Shown here one piece after another: positions 1-18,149 of a stretch of DNA of 64,000 nt. A program made the position numbers and the translations under genes. The stretch is from the human T2T-CHM13v2.0 reference genome, Homo sapiens. Every line of letters starts with the position of its first letter. Position 1 is the stretch's first letter. Location of the stretch: the NCBI RefSeq assembly GCF_009914755.1, contig NC_060941.1; one strand, written 5' to 3'. The notes below the pieces were generated by a model. The model saw only the letters and a list, made by a program, of their open reading frames with translations. It was not told the origin of the DNA and did not search any database.

Positions 1-400
1 AGAGCAGAGACACAGAGAGAGACAGAGAGATAAAGAGAGGCAGAGACAGAGAGGGAGACAGAGCCAGAGAGAAAAAGAGAGACAGAGACATAGAGAAAGA
101 GAGAGAGATGGGGTGGGGGAGAGAGAGAGACAGAAAAACAGAGATGGGGAGACAAAGAGAACAGGGACAGAGAGAGACAGAGGCAGAAAGACAGAGATAG
201 ACACAGAGAAACGGGAGGGAAAGAGACAGACAGAAAGAGGTAGAGAGACAGAGAGAGAGAAACAGAGGAAGAGAGAGAGAGATGGGGTGGGGGAGAGACA
301 TATAGATAGACAGAGACATAGAGAAAGGGGAGGGAGAGAGACAAAGAGACAGACACAGAGAAAAAGAGAGAGAGAGAAACAGGCAGAGACAGAGGAGGAC
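1..400. repeat. GA-rich low-complexity (AGAG/AGAC)n tract, runs off the window start
   Basis: Almost pure purine AGAG/AGAC/ACAG units; 'agagagatggggtgggggagaga' occurs twice (~102, ~275). Confidence 0.95.
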
Positions 401-1129
401 AGGCCGGGGGAGACCCTGCCAGCCTTTACCAGGGAGGAGACTGACCCTCCAAAACCACATTTACACGCAGCAGACCAGCTCACAGCCTCAGTGAGGCCTG
501 CACCCATCAAAGGATTTGGGGAAAGGTGTCCTCGCTTCCTGAACTATTTTCGTTAAAAGAAAAAAGTTGCCGAGCTGGCTTCTCCACACTGGCCTCCTGC
601 GTACTGTGCTCTGCAATGGTCTTGCTTTCTTTTGTTCCAGAGACACAGAACTGTTTAATTCTCATCCCTTCAATCAATACCTGGTGTCATGTCATCCAAA
701 GCCATTATTTTTACACCAGAGAAAAATGGAGACCGAGTACAGTATAAAGAGAGAGAGGAGACAGAAATCATTGCTTCAGAGGCTGCAAGTGAAAACCTCG
801 CTCAGAGCCACCCAACCTCAGCATCATCCAGCTGGCTCTGCAGGTCTCCTGGCTCCCAGAACAAAAGCACCTGGAGAAGCAGGTGCAGGAGAGGAAAGTC
901 CTGGGGGAAGAATGTCCCATGACCCCAGAGAGGTCTGTCTGATGGCAAACAGCTTCTTCCCAAAGACACACCCACAGTCAGCCCCTGGATGGGAGTTCAG
1001 CAAGGGCTGAGTCTCCCCCAGCTCCCTGATCCCATCCTCCTCTCCCTCCATCCCTCCCACTCTGCCTCTGCCCCCATTCCTGCCCTTCACCCCACGAGCA
1101 CACACAGCTTCCACATCCTCAAGAGGCAT

Positions 1130-1620
1130 CATCCTGGGACCTTCCCCCTCTCCCAGATGCCGAGGTGTCTCCTCTGTCTCCTCCAGACTCTGTCTACACT
1201 GCCACATCGTCCCTTCCTAGGAATTGGAATCTGCCCATGTCCCCACCCCTCCCTTGGGAATTCCCACCCTGGTCACCAACGATCCCCTCATTGCCAAATC
1301 CAGCAATCCATCTCAGTCCTGCCCCATTTCTTGTTTCTGTTGCTTTTACCTGATGATCCTTGAAACTGCCTTTTTCCATCACCTCTTCCTGTTTCTACCA
1401 TCCACCCATTCCTAGGGCCCCAGTTCCTTCCCCACACCTCCTAAGTCACAATCTTTAGCTTGGGCCTCCCTCTCTCGAGACTCCTGTGTCCTAGTAGACA
1501 CTTTCACCCAGAGATGTGCCCCAGGTGGCTTCACTGGCACCCAATGCTTCTCCTGCATCTGCCATCTCAGACAGCGGCATCGCCAGCTGCATGGCATCCA
1601 GACAACAAAGTGGAATCATG
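1130..1620 (+). mobile_element. L2 LINE fragment (RT region)
   Basis: 'ggtcaccaacgatcccctcattgccaaatccagcaatccatctcagtcct' resembles the L2 consensus. Confidence 0.6.
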
Positions 1621-1979
1621 GTCACCCACTCCTCATGCTCCATAGGTTACAGGGACTTGTTGGTGTCTCGGAACCTGTCCCTTTCTGGGTATCCACTGCT
1701 TCTGACGCTGGGCCTGGATTCTTGGAATTGCATCCTTAGTGTTCAGATCCTGGAACCACTGTTTCAAAATCTCCTCCTTACCTAGAGATGGGCTTCTTAA
1801 CCCTTCGGGGCCCCTAGGAAACCTCTTCCCAGAAAAGGCACATATGTGCACAAAAGTTTGCAACCATTTCAGGAGGCTCATGGGCCAACTGGAGCCCATC
1901 TGTGAGGCCTACAGTTTAGGAGCCTAGGTCTGCAGGCCCAAGACTGAGCTCTCCAGGGAACCAGGACCATCACACTCCA

Positions 1980-2130
1980 GCTCCCACACATCTTTCCAGC
2001 CTCAGTTTCCTCGTCTGCCACATGACAGCAGTAATGGACCCATCTCAGAGGATGCTTGTGAGCTTGAAGATGCAGTGAAAACCACATCGAGCTGTGCCTG
2101 TTGCCTGTGCCTGGCACGTAGCAAGTGTCT
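1980..2130 (+). mobile_element. MIR SINE
   Basis: Core 'gcctcagtttcctcgtctg' and 3' 'gtgcctggcacgtagcaagtg'. Confidence 0.7.
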
Positions 2131-2179
2131 CACCCCCCAACCAGCCCAGCCCACCCTGCACAGACACAGTGGCATTTCT

Positions 2180-2500
2180 CCAGCATGCTGGGGGCCTTCC
2201 CTTGACAAACCTTGGACACTCTGTCTAGAATATTCTCTGCCAGGGAACCCTCTCTTACCCTCTGAAACCTGGCTCAGATGCCACCTCCTCTCTGCTGCCT
2301 GGAGCCTCACTAGGGCTCCCAGAGTTATTGGCATCACACTGTGTCTGCCTCTGCATCCAGGTGCTTCATTAGAGGGGCGTATGTGGGCCTCTCCCTGTGT
2401 AGACGAGGCTGCCAGAGGATGGGGCTGGCTGGCTCCAGCTTCTCCTGCCCCCAGATGCACAGACTCCAGCACACAGCAGGTGGCCAACATGAGTATGCTT
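2180..2500 (+). mobile_element. L2 3' end fragment
   Basis: 'ctcagatgccacctcctc' ... 'cagcacacagcaggtggccaaca' resemble the L2 3' end. Confidence 0.5.
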
Positions 2501-3339
2501 GATTTGCAAATGAAACAGATGGAGATGTCCATTTGCGACCAAAAGGAGATGCCTAGGACAGAGTCTGGGGGACCTGCATGTGCCTTCTTTCACCCTTGTG
2601 AGGGCTGAGAAATGAAACATCATGTACGTGTATGTATATGTGTGTGTATATATGTATGTATATGTTTTCACATGCACGTTTTGCTATTATTTACTTTAAC
2701 ACGCACAGACACTATTGTCATCACCCTCGTCTTACAGTGGAGGAGGCTGAGGTCCGACACTTGGCCATGCACGGATCCTCTAGAATCAGGACTCCAGCCA
2801 GCCTCTCATCTCTGGGTCCCAGGCTACGCTGGAGTGTCCGTGTACACAGGCATGAGTCCGCACCCCTTGGCGCAGCACCCCCAGCCTCCGCCATCTGGCT
2901 CTTGCTTTCTGCCCTGGTTTTCCTCCAGTGACATCTACAACCACGCTGGGTCTGGCCCTGCTCCCACGTGCTCATGCTCACAGGTGCTGTGCTCCACCTG
3001 AGCCCCTCCAGGCCCCACTTGCTCCCGTCCTCTCGTCCTCCACATCTCAGATCCCCAAAGCCTTCCCTGGCACCACACACTCAGGCAATCTCACCTGCCC
3101 CTGCACTCCACGTAGCCTGCAGCCATCTTAGCTTTTCCTGTTCAATATTGGAACTTTCCAGAAATGCTACCCTAGTTGTCATCCTTATCCTATTCAATGG
3201 GTTTCTACAGAAAAGAAAACTCGCTGTTTCTCACACCTGCCGGTCTGCCTGCGCCGCTTCGTAGACACCGCCCTCCCTCTGTGCTGTTTGCCATGGACTC
3301 CAGATAGCTTCACACACATTCCTTCATTTCACCCCATCA

Positions 3340-3697
<358 letters not shown>

Positions 3698-4095
3698 AAA
3701 TCCCACTGTTCCAGGTGGGGCAACCGAGCTTCTGAAAAGCTGAAGTCCCCTGTCCAGCAGCGCATGGAGACAGAACTGTGCAAAGGGTTGGGTCACATTC
3801 AGCTGTCTGGACTCACAAGGGCAGAAATCAGTGAGACCCACAGGTGAGGCCCCTGGCCTCGTCCTCTCTCCTCCACACTGGACCTTCAGTAAAGACGGTG
3901 CTGTCCTCAGGCCCGATCCCAGCCCTGGCTCACCCAAGGGCAGCTCATTCAGGGGGATCACAACAGGGGGGTGGCTCTGAACCAGGAGGTGCACATAGTG
4001 AATACCAACAGAGAATCTTCCAGAGCTTTGGGGCTTTTACTGGTGGCTGATGGCCTTCAGGAGGCAATTAAAAAGGCACAATAAAAAGTGAAGTG

Positions 4096-4388
4096 GGCCG
4101 GGTGAGGTGGCTCACGCCTGTAATCCCAGCACTTCGGGAGGCAGAGGCGGGTGGATCACCTGAGGCCAGGAGTTTGAGACAACCCTGGCCAACATGGTGA
4201 AACCCTGTCTCTACTAATAATACAAAAATTAGCTGGGCATGGTAGTGCACGCCTGTAATCCCAGCTACTTGGGAAGCTGAGGCAGAAGAATCGCTTGAAC
4301 CTGGAGCAGAGGTTGCAGTGAGAGGAGATTTTACCACTGCACTCCAGCCTGGGCAACAGAGAGAGACTCCATCTCAAAAAATAAAAAA
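4096..4388 (+). mobile_element. Alu (AluS)
   Basis: ggccgggtgaggtggctcacgcc ... A tail. Confidence 0.97.
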
Positions 4389-4751
4389 GGTGAGTGCTCT
4401 TATTTCGATAGTCCTGACTCTCACACCACGGGAAAGGACCACGTCATCTCGGCTCCTCCTAGGATCAGACTCCAGGCTAGGACTTTTCAAAGGAAACATT
4501 GTGCTTACCTGACAAAAAAAAAATTAATCCCAGGTGGGATGGAGCCACACATCCTAACAAACTTCTCCTTGGCATCTCTGGCACCACTGCTATTTCCAGA
4601 ACCATCTCTCAAAGCCCACGCACAGCACAGCTGCATCCGGGCACAAATGCACTCTCGTGTGTTTGCACTGACATGCATGCCTCAGGTCCCTGTGGGCACA
4701 TGCATGTACAAGAAGAGCCCATTCGCAAATCGGATCAAGAAAATGCAGTTG

Positions 4752-5066
<315 letters not shown>

Positions 5067-5155
5067 TTACTATATATATGTCACATACACACACACAGAG
5101 TTCTTATAGCCTACCTCTGAAAGAGAAGTGGCAGGCATGTGTCTCTTTTTCTTAA

Positions 5156-5512
<357 letters not shown>

Positions 5513-6307
5513 TAACGGGCTGGAAGGAACTGGGGTTTCTTTTTGATCCTTCCAATTGTCACCTGCAATGGTGGGAACACAGACTGGGGCTGTGGTTTGT
5601 GTAGCTCTCCGTGGTGCTGCCCTGAGCCGAGAATATCAGCAGACAGGGAGAGTATTGCAACCCTTCTATGACTGTAGTTTGTGAAATTTCTGTCTTTCCA
5701 TGGAATTTCAGGGTGATGCTGGTGAGATGGGAAGAGTCCCTGTGAAACAGCTTTTCCAGAATTGGGTTTGGATCCCCCATAATTCAACTCCCTGAGGCAC
5801 CGCCCCGCTGCTATTAGCCTGAGAACTTATTTATTAAAGACTTCCTGTCATCTGCATTGGTTTTCAGCAAACTATACTCACTTAAGGGGTCGACATACAT
5901 CCCCCAGGAGTAGAATCTGTGAGTTTACCATTCCCTGTCCTTTTTGGAACTCGCATTGCTACACATGTCCCCAAGTGCTTCAACAACCACAGAGGGAGGA
6001 GAGGCGTGAGATGCAGTCAGCTGTGTGTTCCAGAGGATGCCTTTCTGATGACTGTTGCTTTTCCTTGTTAGCCCTGGAGACAAATAAAGAGCTAGCTCAA
6101 ACTTGCTTGGCCCTGTTTCTACTCTTCCTTCCCATAATCCTTAGGCTATTGTTTGTGTTTGGCTGTGTGATCAGAACATTTGCATCAAACCCACTAGTGA
6201 GAGGGAAGGAGGCGGCTCTATAAAAATTCAGATTTAGGGCTGCTGAATTCTGAATTCTGAATTCTGGGGAATAGAAAATTTATTTACCAAGTTGTGCAGG
6301 TGATTGC

Positions 6308-6612
6308 TTTCTTTTCTTTTCTTTTTTTTTTTTAGACAGTCTCACTCTGTTGCCCAGGCTAGAGTACAGTGATGCAATCATACCTCACTGCCACCTCGAT
6401 CTTCCAGGCTCAAGCAATCCTCCCGCCTCAGCCTCCTGAGTGGCTGGGACTACAGGCATGCACCACCACACTCGGATAATTTTTAAATTTGTTTGTAGAG
6501 ACAGGGTTTTGCTGTGTTGCCCAGGTTGATCTTGAAGTCCTGAGCTCGAGTGATCCTCTTGTCTCGGCCTCCCAAAGCGCTGGGGTTACAGGCATGAGCC
6601 ACTGTGTCCAGC
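6308..6612 (-). mobile_element. Alu (AluJ-like)
   Basis: Antisense Alu with J-type 'ggctcaagcaatcctcccgcctcagcc'. Confidence 0.93.
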
Positions 6613-6779
6613 ATTGATTCTTAGTCGCGCTGAAGCTTGGAAAACCATTGTTCTCAAAGTGAGAATTACCCATCGCCTACCTCAAGAAAAGGCACAGTGC
6701 AACACCAGCCTCACCCACGAGCTCAGTAGAAAGACAGATTCTCACTGGAGCTGGGTGGGTTCCTTATTGGAGCTGGTGG

Positions 6780-6940
6780 GAGGGAAGGAGGAAGTGGTTC
6801 CTTAAAACACAGACTGCTGGGCCCCATTCCCAGAGTTTCTGATTCAGTATGTGTGGAATGGGGTCTGCTAATTTGCTTTTAAACAAGTTTCAAGAAGGTT
6901 CTGAGCCTGCCGGTCTGGAGGCCCTGCTGAGAGAAGAGCT
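6780..6940. mobile_element. MER5A-like hAT-Charlie MITE
   Basis: 'cagactgctgggccccattcccagagtttctgattcagta...tttgcttttaaacaagtt'. Confidence 0.75.
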
Positions 6941-7186
6941 GTGCTGGGAGACGATAACTCGGGCTGGCACAGCAACTGTTGGCCTGGAAGTTGGGGTCTG
7001 GGTCCTCATTTTGGTCCTAACCTTAGACAAGTCACTCAAGTCCCTTCTCCTATTTGATTCAGAATTTTTTTTGGCATAAAACAGGACTGGATTGAACAGG
7101 TGTGCAGTTCCTTTCTAGCACCTACATTCTACGACTCCAGCCCTTGCTGAAATGCAGCAGTAACTGGTGACCAGGACAAACAGCTA

Positions 7187-7967
<781 letters not shown>

Positions 7968-8344
7968 TCATCCGATGAATGAAAAAAAAAAGTAAGGAAA
8001 AGAAAAAAGATGAAAACATCTGTAATGAACATCTGGATTCCATTGCTAACCATGAAAGCAAATTCCTCAGAGTCAGCATGCCGGAGAGGGCTGGGAAAGG
8101 GTGTATTTATAAACAACTGTGGTACTTGAATCAGAAAAAATGCCCCCAAACACCACCCCTTCCTGTTTGAAAACCTTTCAGAATGGAGAAGCATTGAGTT
8201 TCAGTTCTGTGTCTAAGCAATGGAGAAACAGTTACACCTGCAAGTCAAGCTCTGGACTCAAACAAACATAATGACAGCCTCTGGGCTCAGCAGTTGGTTC
8301 CCCAAAACAGTCATCTGAAGAAAAGATTCAAATACCTCTGAGTG

Positions 8345-8590
8345 TTTGCGGGTGTGTGTGCAGTCATGTGAGTGCACAGACATGCACACGGGAAGGCAGA
8401 CGTGCACGTATGCACAGTGTGTACACAGTCATACACACCTGTAGGCGTGGGTGTGTGCAGAGAGTCATGCACACAGGAATGCAGGCAGGGGTACACAGGT
8501 GTGTGTGTACATGTGTGTGCACAGGTGTGCACACAGAAATGTAGGCATGTGTTCATGTCTCATGTGTGTATGCATGCACAGAAATGTCCA
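8345..8590. repeat. GT/CA-rich alternating purine-pyrimidine low-complexity tract
   Basis: gtgtgtgca/cacag-rich degenerate repeat. Confidence 0.85.
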
Positions 8591-10212
8591 ATTCATATGC
8601 CACAGCCCACTTTTTTGCAGCCTCCTTTTTTACTTCCTCATACTATACAGCTTCATACCTTGTTTACAACTTCCCATTATTCATATACCTATCACCAAGT
8701 TGTGCCCTCTTCGTGCGTAACTAATTGAGTTCGTGGGAGGCTGTTGCTGGGGGTCCGGCAATTACAGCACAGTGGCGGGTGTTGGAAGCCAGGGGAGCTG
8801 AGGCTAGGCAGCACGGCTGGGGCTGGGGCACGGCTGTCCTACACGCCACATGGGCTGTGCACATGGAGGCTCCTTGTTGGCACCTTGGAAAGCCTTAGGG
8901 TCCATTTCTCTACCTGGAGAAGCAGTCACTGCCCCTTGGTGTGTGCATGGGGGACAGAGCCAGGGAGCGTCTCCCTTGCTCCCTTTCTGAGTTCTGAGCT
9001 CCAGGCTCCCTGCATAACCATCTTAACAGAAAGAGGAGTGGCGAGCCTGTCTGCTCTCATAAACCACGTGCCCCTGCAAACCCCCAAGCCAGGGCTAAGG
9101 GAAAAACAATTTGCAGCCGGTGGCTCCTAATAGATGGAAATAACTCTATCCGTGAATGCAGGTGATGCGCTAATGTGAAAAGAGATGAAAAGTGGAATTC
9201 ATTTGGAAAATTTTGGCTTTGGCCCCCAAGGCTGGGGCAAGAGGGTGTCCTCCATGGCTGGCCCCCTCCCCGGCCCCCTCCCAGCCTCCCTGTGAGCTGG
9301 GGGCAGCCTGGCCCAACCTGTCACCTGGCATTAGAGGCGATAAAAGCCATGTGCTTCCCTCACCTCGTGGTGCAGCTCGTGTTTAGGGCCTTTGCTTTAT
9401 CAGTTTTTATTTCGTGTAATATTCATCACACTGGTTTATTTATGGGGCCCTTGTTGGGAAGTTATTTTTCAGGCCTGGTGAATAAAACATTAGACTTTGC
9501 GGCTTGTCAGGGTGACTGCGGCTACTCTGATGTCAGCCTGACAAACCGCCTTTTCTTTTTCCCAACAACTGCACTTTTAGAGAAATTTATTTGTATTTTG
9601 TTGGGCATTTGTTGTTTTTTTCTCCTTTTGGCTGGTGGATGTTGGTCAGAGTCGAACTCTCTCTCTCTCGTCTGATTAAATGCTGGAGCCTTCACTTGCT
9701 GAGAAAGGCAATATGTTAAGCAGGAGAAGTGAGGTGAGCACCTCGGGCCTCCAGAACCTAAGTCCTGGGCTACAGGAGAGCCATGGGATCCCACAGCCTG
9801 CAATGAATCCCCTCCCTGCAAAGCCTAGCGGCTCAACCTGGGTGTTCACAGCCAGTGAGCGAAGTGCTTTAGCCGTGCAGGTCAGAGTCGAAGGATGACC
9901 TGGAGGAACTGCTGGAGAGGTTGATGGGGCTTTGTGCGGAAAGGCAGAGGGCACAGGAGTGTGGGTCCTAAAATCCTAATGAGAATAATGGGGGAAAATC
10001 CCAATAAATTAAAAACAAAACAGGCGAAATGTGGCTTTAAGCAAAGCTCTCAATAAGAAAATCTGCACTTAAGGAAAACTAGGGTGAAGAGACTCACTTT
10101 ACAACGGGGCTTGTCACAGTATTTCTCAGTTATTCTCATGCACTTAAAATGTGGATTACTTTACATGACTTTTCAAGTTTTGTTAAACAAGAGAAAGAGA
10201 ACACAGTGGGGG

Positions 10213-10262
10213 GAGAGAGAAAGAGAAAGAGAAAGAGCGAGAGAGAGAGAGAGAGAGAGAGA
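10213..10262. repeat. (GA)n/(GAGAAA)n microsatellite
   Basis: Read directly. Confidence 0.9.
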
Positions 10263-10502
10263 AACCTGGTAATGCTATATTTCAGATTGAAGAGTGTTGA
10301 GTTTTTCTTTCTTTCTCCCCAGAAATCAAAAGGATTAAGAAAACCCCAATCAATAACAATCCAGCCAGCTGCTGGTGATTCACTGTGACTTGTCCTTTAG
10401 ATGGCTTAGTACATGACGATCTCTTCATTAAGTGATACCTGGACTGTGTTCATCCTTACTAATAGCTCATAAGCTCAGTGGCTTTTTTAAAACTGGAGGA
10501 AG

Positions 10503-11160
<658 letters not shown>

Positions 11161-11666
11161 GAATCTCCCTGCCCACAGGTCGGCTGCATGCACAGGACCA
11201 TGGAATTAGACCCCCATACTCTCCAGAGAGATCCCACTCAAGTGGGTATGAGAGATGCCAGGAAGATGCCACTGATCCATTAGTGTCTGTGACAAGGACA
11301 AACACTTATATAAACCACATCAAATCTCCAAGAGGGGTTAGTGTGGGCTACATGCACCCCTGTCAGAGGTGTAGGCAAATGGGATGGATGATTTGAGAAT
11401 CAGGATGCTCATACACAGCTAGGGTTCTATGTCCCGGGTCCTGAGGCCAACATCTTTTCCTCCAGACTTTAAGGAGTCAAGACCTAAAGTAAAAAATGCA
11501 AATATATCTTCCAAAAAAATTCCTTGATTTGGGGGAGATTTTAACTGGCTAATTTGAGTTGGCATAAATGAAAAAATTCCAGACTGCCAGTGAGTACATC
11601 CTTGGAAGGCTCTACCATTCCCGAGAGCTTTCAAACAACCTCCGGCGATTCTACAAGCACCAATAA

Positions 11667-12410
<744 letters not shown>

Positions 12411-12439
12411 CTTCTTCAACAGCAGTGTTCCTGAGAGCT

Positions 12440-12700
12440 TCTCTTCTCCACCTGTTTGTTTTGGTTTGTTTTGTTTGAAGAATTGATCCATTTTACCTAA
12501 ATTGTGACATTTACGTGCATAGAGTTGCCTGTAGTATTCCCTTATTATCCTTCTAATGGCTGCAGGGTCTGTAGTGATGTCCCCTGCTTCATTACTGAGA
12601 TTGGTAATTTGTCTTTTGTTTATCCTTGTTGGTCTTGCTAGATAGAAGTTTATCAGTTTTATTGCTCTGTTCATAAAGGGATTGAACCAATTTATGCTGT
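12440..12700 (-). mobile_element. L1M ORF2 remnant
   Basis: Minus-strand translation QITNLSNEAGDITTDPAAIRRIIREYYRQLYA matches L1 ORF2 (GDITTDPTEIK..IREYY..LYA). Confidence 0.9.
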
Positions 12701-12739
12701 CCTTCTTATGAATAAGAAGCCTGATGATCATTATATTTT

Positions 12740-14330
<1,591 letters not shown>

Positions 14331-14339
14331 GCATAGGAG

Positions 14340-15170
14340 AATGGAAGTTTTACTAGCTTTCACATCTGAATGACAATTTGGCTGCATGTAAAAGTCTATG
14401 TTCTATGTTCTTTTATTCTGTGCTTTGAATATATCACTCCATTGTCTTCCTGCATCTGGCATAGCTGTTGAAAATCCTGAAGTCTGTATAATAACTTGCT
14501 CTTTGTGTGTGATCTCTTCCTGTCTGGAAACATTAAGAACTTTATCTTTGTTATTCTTAAATTTCACTGTAAGTGTATAGGTTTTGTTTCCCTCTTATCT
14601 CTTCTTTTTGGGACTCCAAGACCTCTTCAACCTGGGCTCTTTCATCCTTTTTCTTTAAATCCCATTGATTTTATCTCCACATTTTCTTCATCTATGTCCT
14701 CTTCTATATTTTTATTTTTCTCTCTTTGTAGGACTTCTATGATCCACATGTTAACAACTTAACATTAGCACCTTAACTTCTTTCCTCCTTGTGTTAGAAC
14801 TTTTCTATTTTCTTTTTCTTTGTGCTTTTCCTTATTTTTTTCTTGGCTGATACATCAAGCTGGTCCTCCAATTCACAAATGCATTCCTCAGTTATTTATT
14901 CTAGTACTTTTCTCCTGTATCGCATTATTTCCACAGCTATACCTTAACACCAACAATTTCTACTCGGTTCCTTTGTATATCTTCTTGATCTTATTTCACA
15001 TTGCTAATATGTCCCTTATCTCATTTAGGAGGTTTATTAAGCTTATTTTTAAAATTGGTCCCTCTGTTCTGGTATTTCTATTCTGATAGAATCTGGAAGC
15101 TGTAACTCAGTTTGTTGCCTTAAAAAAAATGCTTGTGCTTCTCGAATACCTTGTTATTTTGCCTGCCAGC
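14340..15170 (-). mobile_element. L1M ORF1-region/HAL1-like fragment
   Basis: 'tttgaatatatcactccattgtcttcctgcatct...tgttgaaaatcctga' is typical antisense L1M ORF1. Confidence 0.65.
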
Positions 15171-15823
15171 TCATTCCCTCCAGTGGAAGTCTGCTACTCT
15201 GCCCTGCCCTGTCTGAGAGGTGGGTAGCCCAGTAAGCCTGAGTGATCTCAGAGAGCGGTGGGTGAATGTACTCCAAGTGGAGAGGCTCCAAAAAATCACA
15301 GTCAACCCCATCCACTCCACCAAATTCCTCCTTAGATCAGAGCTTCACCTTCCCCCTCCTGAGAGATGCGGCATTCAGAGGGACCTCCCCAAGCCTGAAA
15401 TAGTGCAGTCTCCTGGTCGTCTGCAGAAAAGCGGGGAAGTGACTGCTGGGGTCAGGTGGGCTGCACCTGTTTTGCTTGGCTCCCTGTGAGCACAGGTCCC
15501 TCTGCTGCTGTGCTGTATTAACACCTGCACCTGAGCCCTGCATAGCCACAGGTATAGACAGGCATGGTTTGTCCCAAGGCAATAGTGGCTGGAGCTGGGC
15601 TAAGTAAGAACAGACATCAAACATTCCCCTTCACGCTTATTCTCCCATAGCTGTGTTTGGCCCACCCCTGCTCCAGGCCAAAGCCATAGCCCCATGCACA
15701 ATGATTTGAAACCCCTCACCCCCTCCATCTGCTGTCTCATTGGTTTCACTCTATTCTTCCCCTAGGGGTGAGTTTGGAGCAAGGAGCTAGTGGTCTTGCT
15801 GGTTACCATCAGAACAAACCCAA

Positions 15824-16143
<320 letters not shown>

Positions 16144-16149
16144 TAAACC

Positions 16150-16900
16150 CACTTTTTCAATCATAATGTGTCCAAGCAGATCTCCCGACATCTCCACTCT
16201 CCGAGAAACCCTGCTCTTCCCTCTGCATCCTTCATGTGGGTAAACAATCCCTCCAGGCACCTTATTAGCTACATCCCCTCTGAAAGCCAGCTGTGCCTCT
16301 ATCTCTCCCTCTTCCCACAAATTCAACTCACTGCCAAGTCCAGTAAGTTCTGTCTCCAAAATGTACCCATTTCTTGGCTCCTTCCTCATCCCCACGCCTG
16401 GCACTCCATCATCTCCTGCCCCAACCATGCAAGTTTCCTGCTTGGAGTCCCTGCTTCACCCTCACCGAGCAGCCAGACCTATCCCTGCTCAGCCCCTGCA
16501 CGTGCCTTCCACTGAGCTGTGGGCTGCGGGGCCAGGCACAGTCCTGCCTGCACCCTCTCCTCCCACCTCTCACCACTCGCACTCCTCTGCCCACTCAGCC
16601 ACACAGCCTTGCTGGGTCTGGGGTCACTCTCATTTGCTGAGATCCTGCCTCCCGGGGGCCACTGCTATTGCTCCTGCTTCTGTCTGTCACCTCTCACTCT
16701 CCTCCTCACTTCTCCCACCTTCTCCTCCTTCTCCCAACTCCTACTCACCCTCCCGGTCCCTATTGAAATTCTGCTTCTCAGAGAACCCCCAGACCTCCCA
16801 TTGAAGCACCCCAGGATGCCTTGAGCATTTCCCTGACCATGGTGACCACTCTTTCATGTTTCCACTGGTTTGTGCGACTCCAGTCTGATGTCTGGTGATC
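16150..16900 (+). mobile_element. L2 3' region
   Basis: 'catctccact...aaaccctgctcttccc...gccaagtccagtaagttctgtctccaaaat'. Confidence 0.7.
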
Positions 16901-17089
16901 CCACCAGGCCCGGCAATGCCTGAAGATGACGTCCCTGCTTATTTCCTTTCCCCCTGTATCCCCGGGGCTCAGCCCAGCCCTGGAATACCGTCACAGCTCA
17001 ACAAAGATGCGTCATGTAGCTTGGTGCACCGAGAGATGCCATCAGTGGTGGATCCCCAGCAGGGCCTTGCCTCCTAGGGAAGCCGAGGT

Positions 17090-17184
17090 AGGCACAGCCG
17101 TGATCACCAGGACGGAATGGGTTCCCTGAGCCCCCCGGGGCAGGCACGGCCATGATCACCAGGACAGAATGGGTTCCCTGAGCC
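17090..17184. repeat. Tandem duplication, 43-bp matching segment, period 52
   Basis: aggcacagccgtgatcaccaggacggaatgggttccctgagcc twice, 3 mismatches. Confidence 0.95.
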
Positions 17185-17399
17185 TAGGCCACGTGGCCCA
17201 CACCCACAGTTGGGTGCCCTCTGCTCCAGGAGGAGAGGCTCCAGAAAATCACAGTCCACATCGTCCATGCCACCAAAGTCGTCCTTAGGTCATTCAGATC
17301 TGCTCATCCCTCGCAGATCCATTCCCGCCCCACCTGTGTAGAGAGAATCAGACACTCAAGCCAGCCAATGGTGGCTCAGGCATGGGGAGGAGAGCGCCC

Positions 17400-17683
17400 A
17401 GGATGCCCCCTGTCCGTGGCATTGTCCAACAGCTCCGTCCTCCCTGGCTGCAGCTGCCCTGGCAGCCCCTCCTGACAGGCAGTTCTGACAGTGGCCGGCT
17501 CTGCGCCCCATCCCGCCTCTCCAGTCCTAGGGGCTTCTGTCTGCTGCTGTCCTTCCTCCTCTGATGGTCCTGTTTAACTCTCCAACTCTTCCCTGGTCAG
17601 TGTAACTGATTCTTGGTATTAAATGCTCTCTCTGAAACTCCCAGATGGGTCTCCCTTCTCCTGGGGGGACCCTGACTGATACA
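17400..17683 (+). mobile_element. ERVL LTR (LTR33-like) 3' part
   Basis: Ends 'tattaaatgctctctctgaaactcccagatgggtctcc...gaccctgactgataca'. Confidence 0.7.
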
Positions 17684-17746
17684 TCCTGTGACTATAGGTT
17701 CTTAGAGTAAAAGGCAATTTCATTTCATTTCATAGTTATGGATTGA

Positions 17747-17856
17747 TAGGGTGACCAATGAATCCTGGTTTGTCTAGGATTATCCTGATTTTAGCAGTGA
17801 AAGTCTACATCCCAGAAACTCCTTAGTCCTGGGCAAGTCCAGCCATGCTGGCCCTG
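17747..17856. mobile_element. MER81-like hAT-Blackjack MITE
   Basis: Starts tagggtgacca; internal 'ttttagcagtgaaagtc...cccagaaac'. Confidence 0.8.
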
Positions 17857-18149
17857 GGGACTTCATGGAAGGCAGGCATGGCTGTGACCCCTGCCCCACC
17901 ATGCCTCTGTCCCTGAGAAAGCAAGAATGACCACGGCTCACATGCCAGCCGGTGTGTCCCTGTGACCTGGTGCTCTGCAGGGAAGATGCACCATCCTGTG
18001 AGAGCCCCTGATGAGGGTTGTGGCAGACAGGGCTCAGGCAGGGCGGCCTGCAGGGTGGCGTGAGCTGGCATGAATTGCGGGGAAAGAAGGTCTCTCTGAG
18101 CTCAGGCGCCCCCATGGCGACTCTCCCACCTTCCAGTGCCCTGGCTGTC

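Noticed and set aside
113-556. 147-aa R/E-rich ORF
   Set aside because: Translation of the GA simple repeat; stop-free by composition
3897-3918. REST/RE1-like motif
   Set aside because: Only the GGACAGCACC half-site matches
6241-6266. (CTGAATT)3 as a heat-shock element
   Set aside because: Spacing does not fit nGAAnnTTCn; trivial 7-bp tandem
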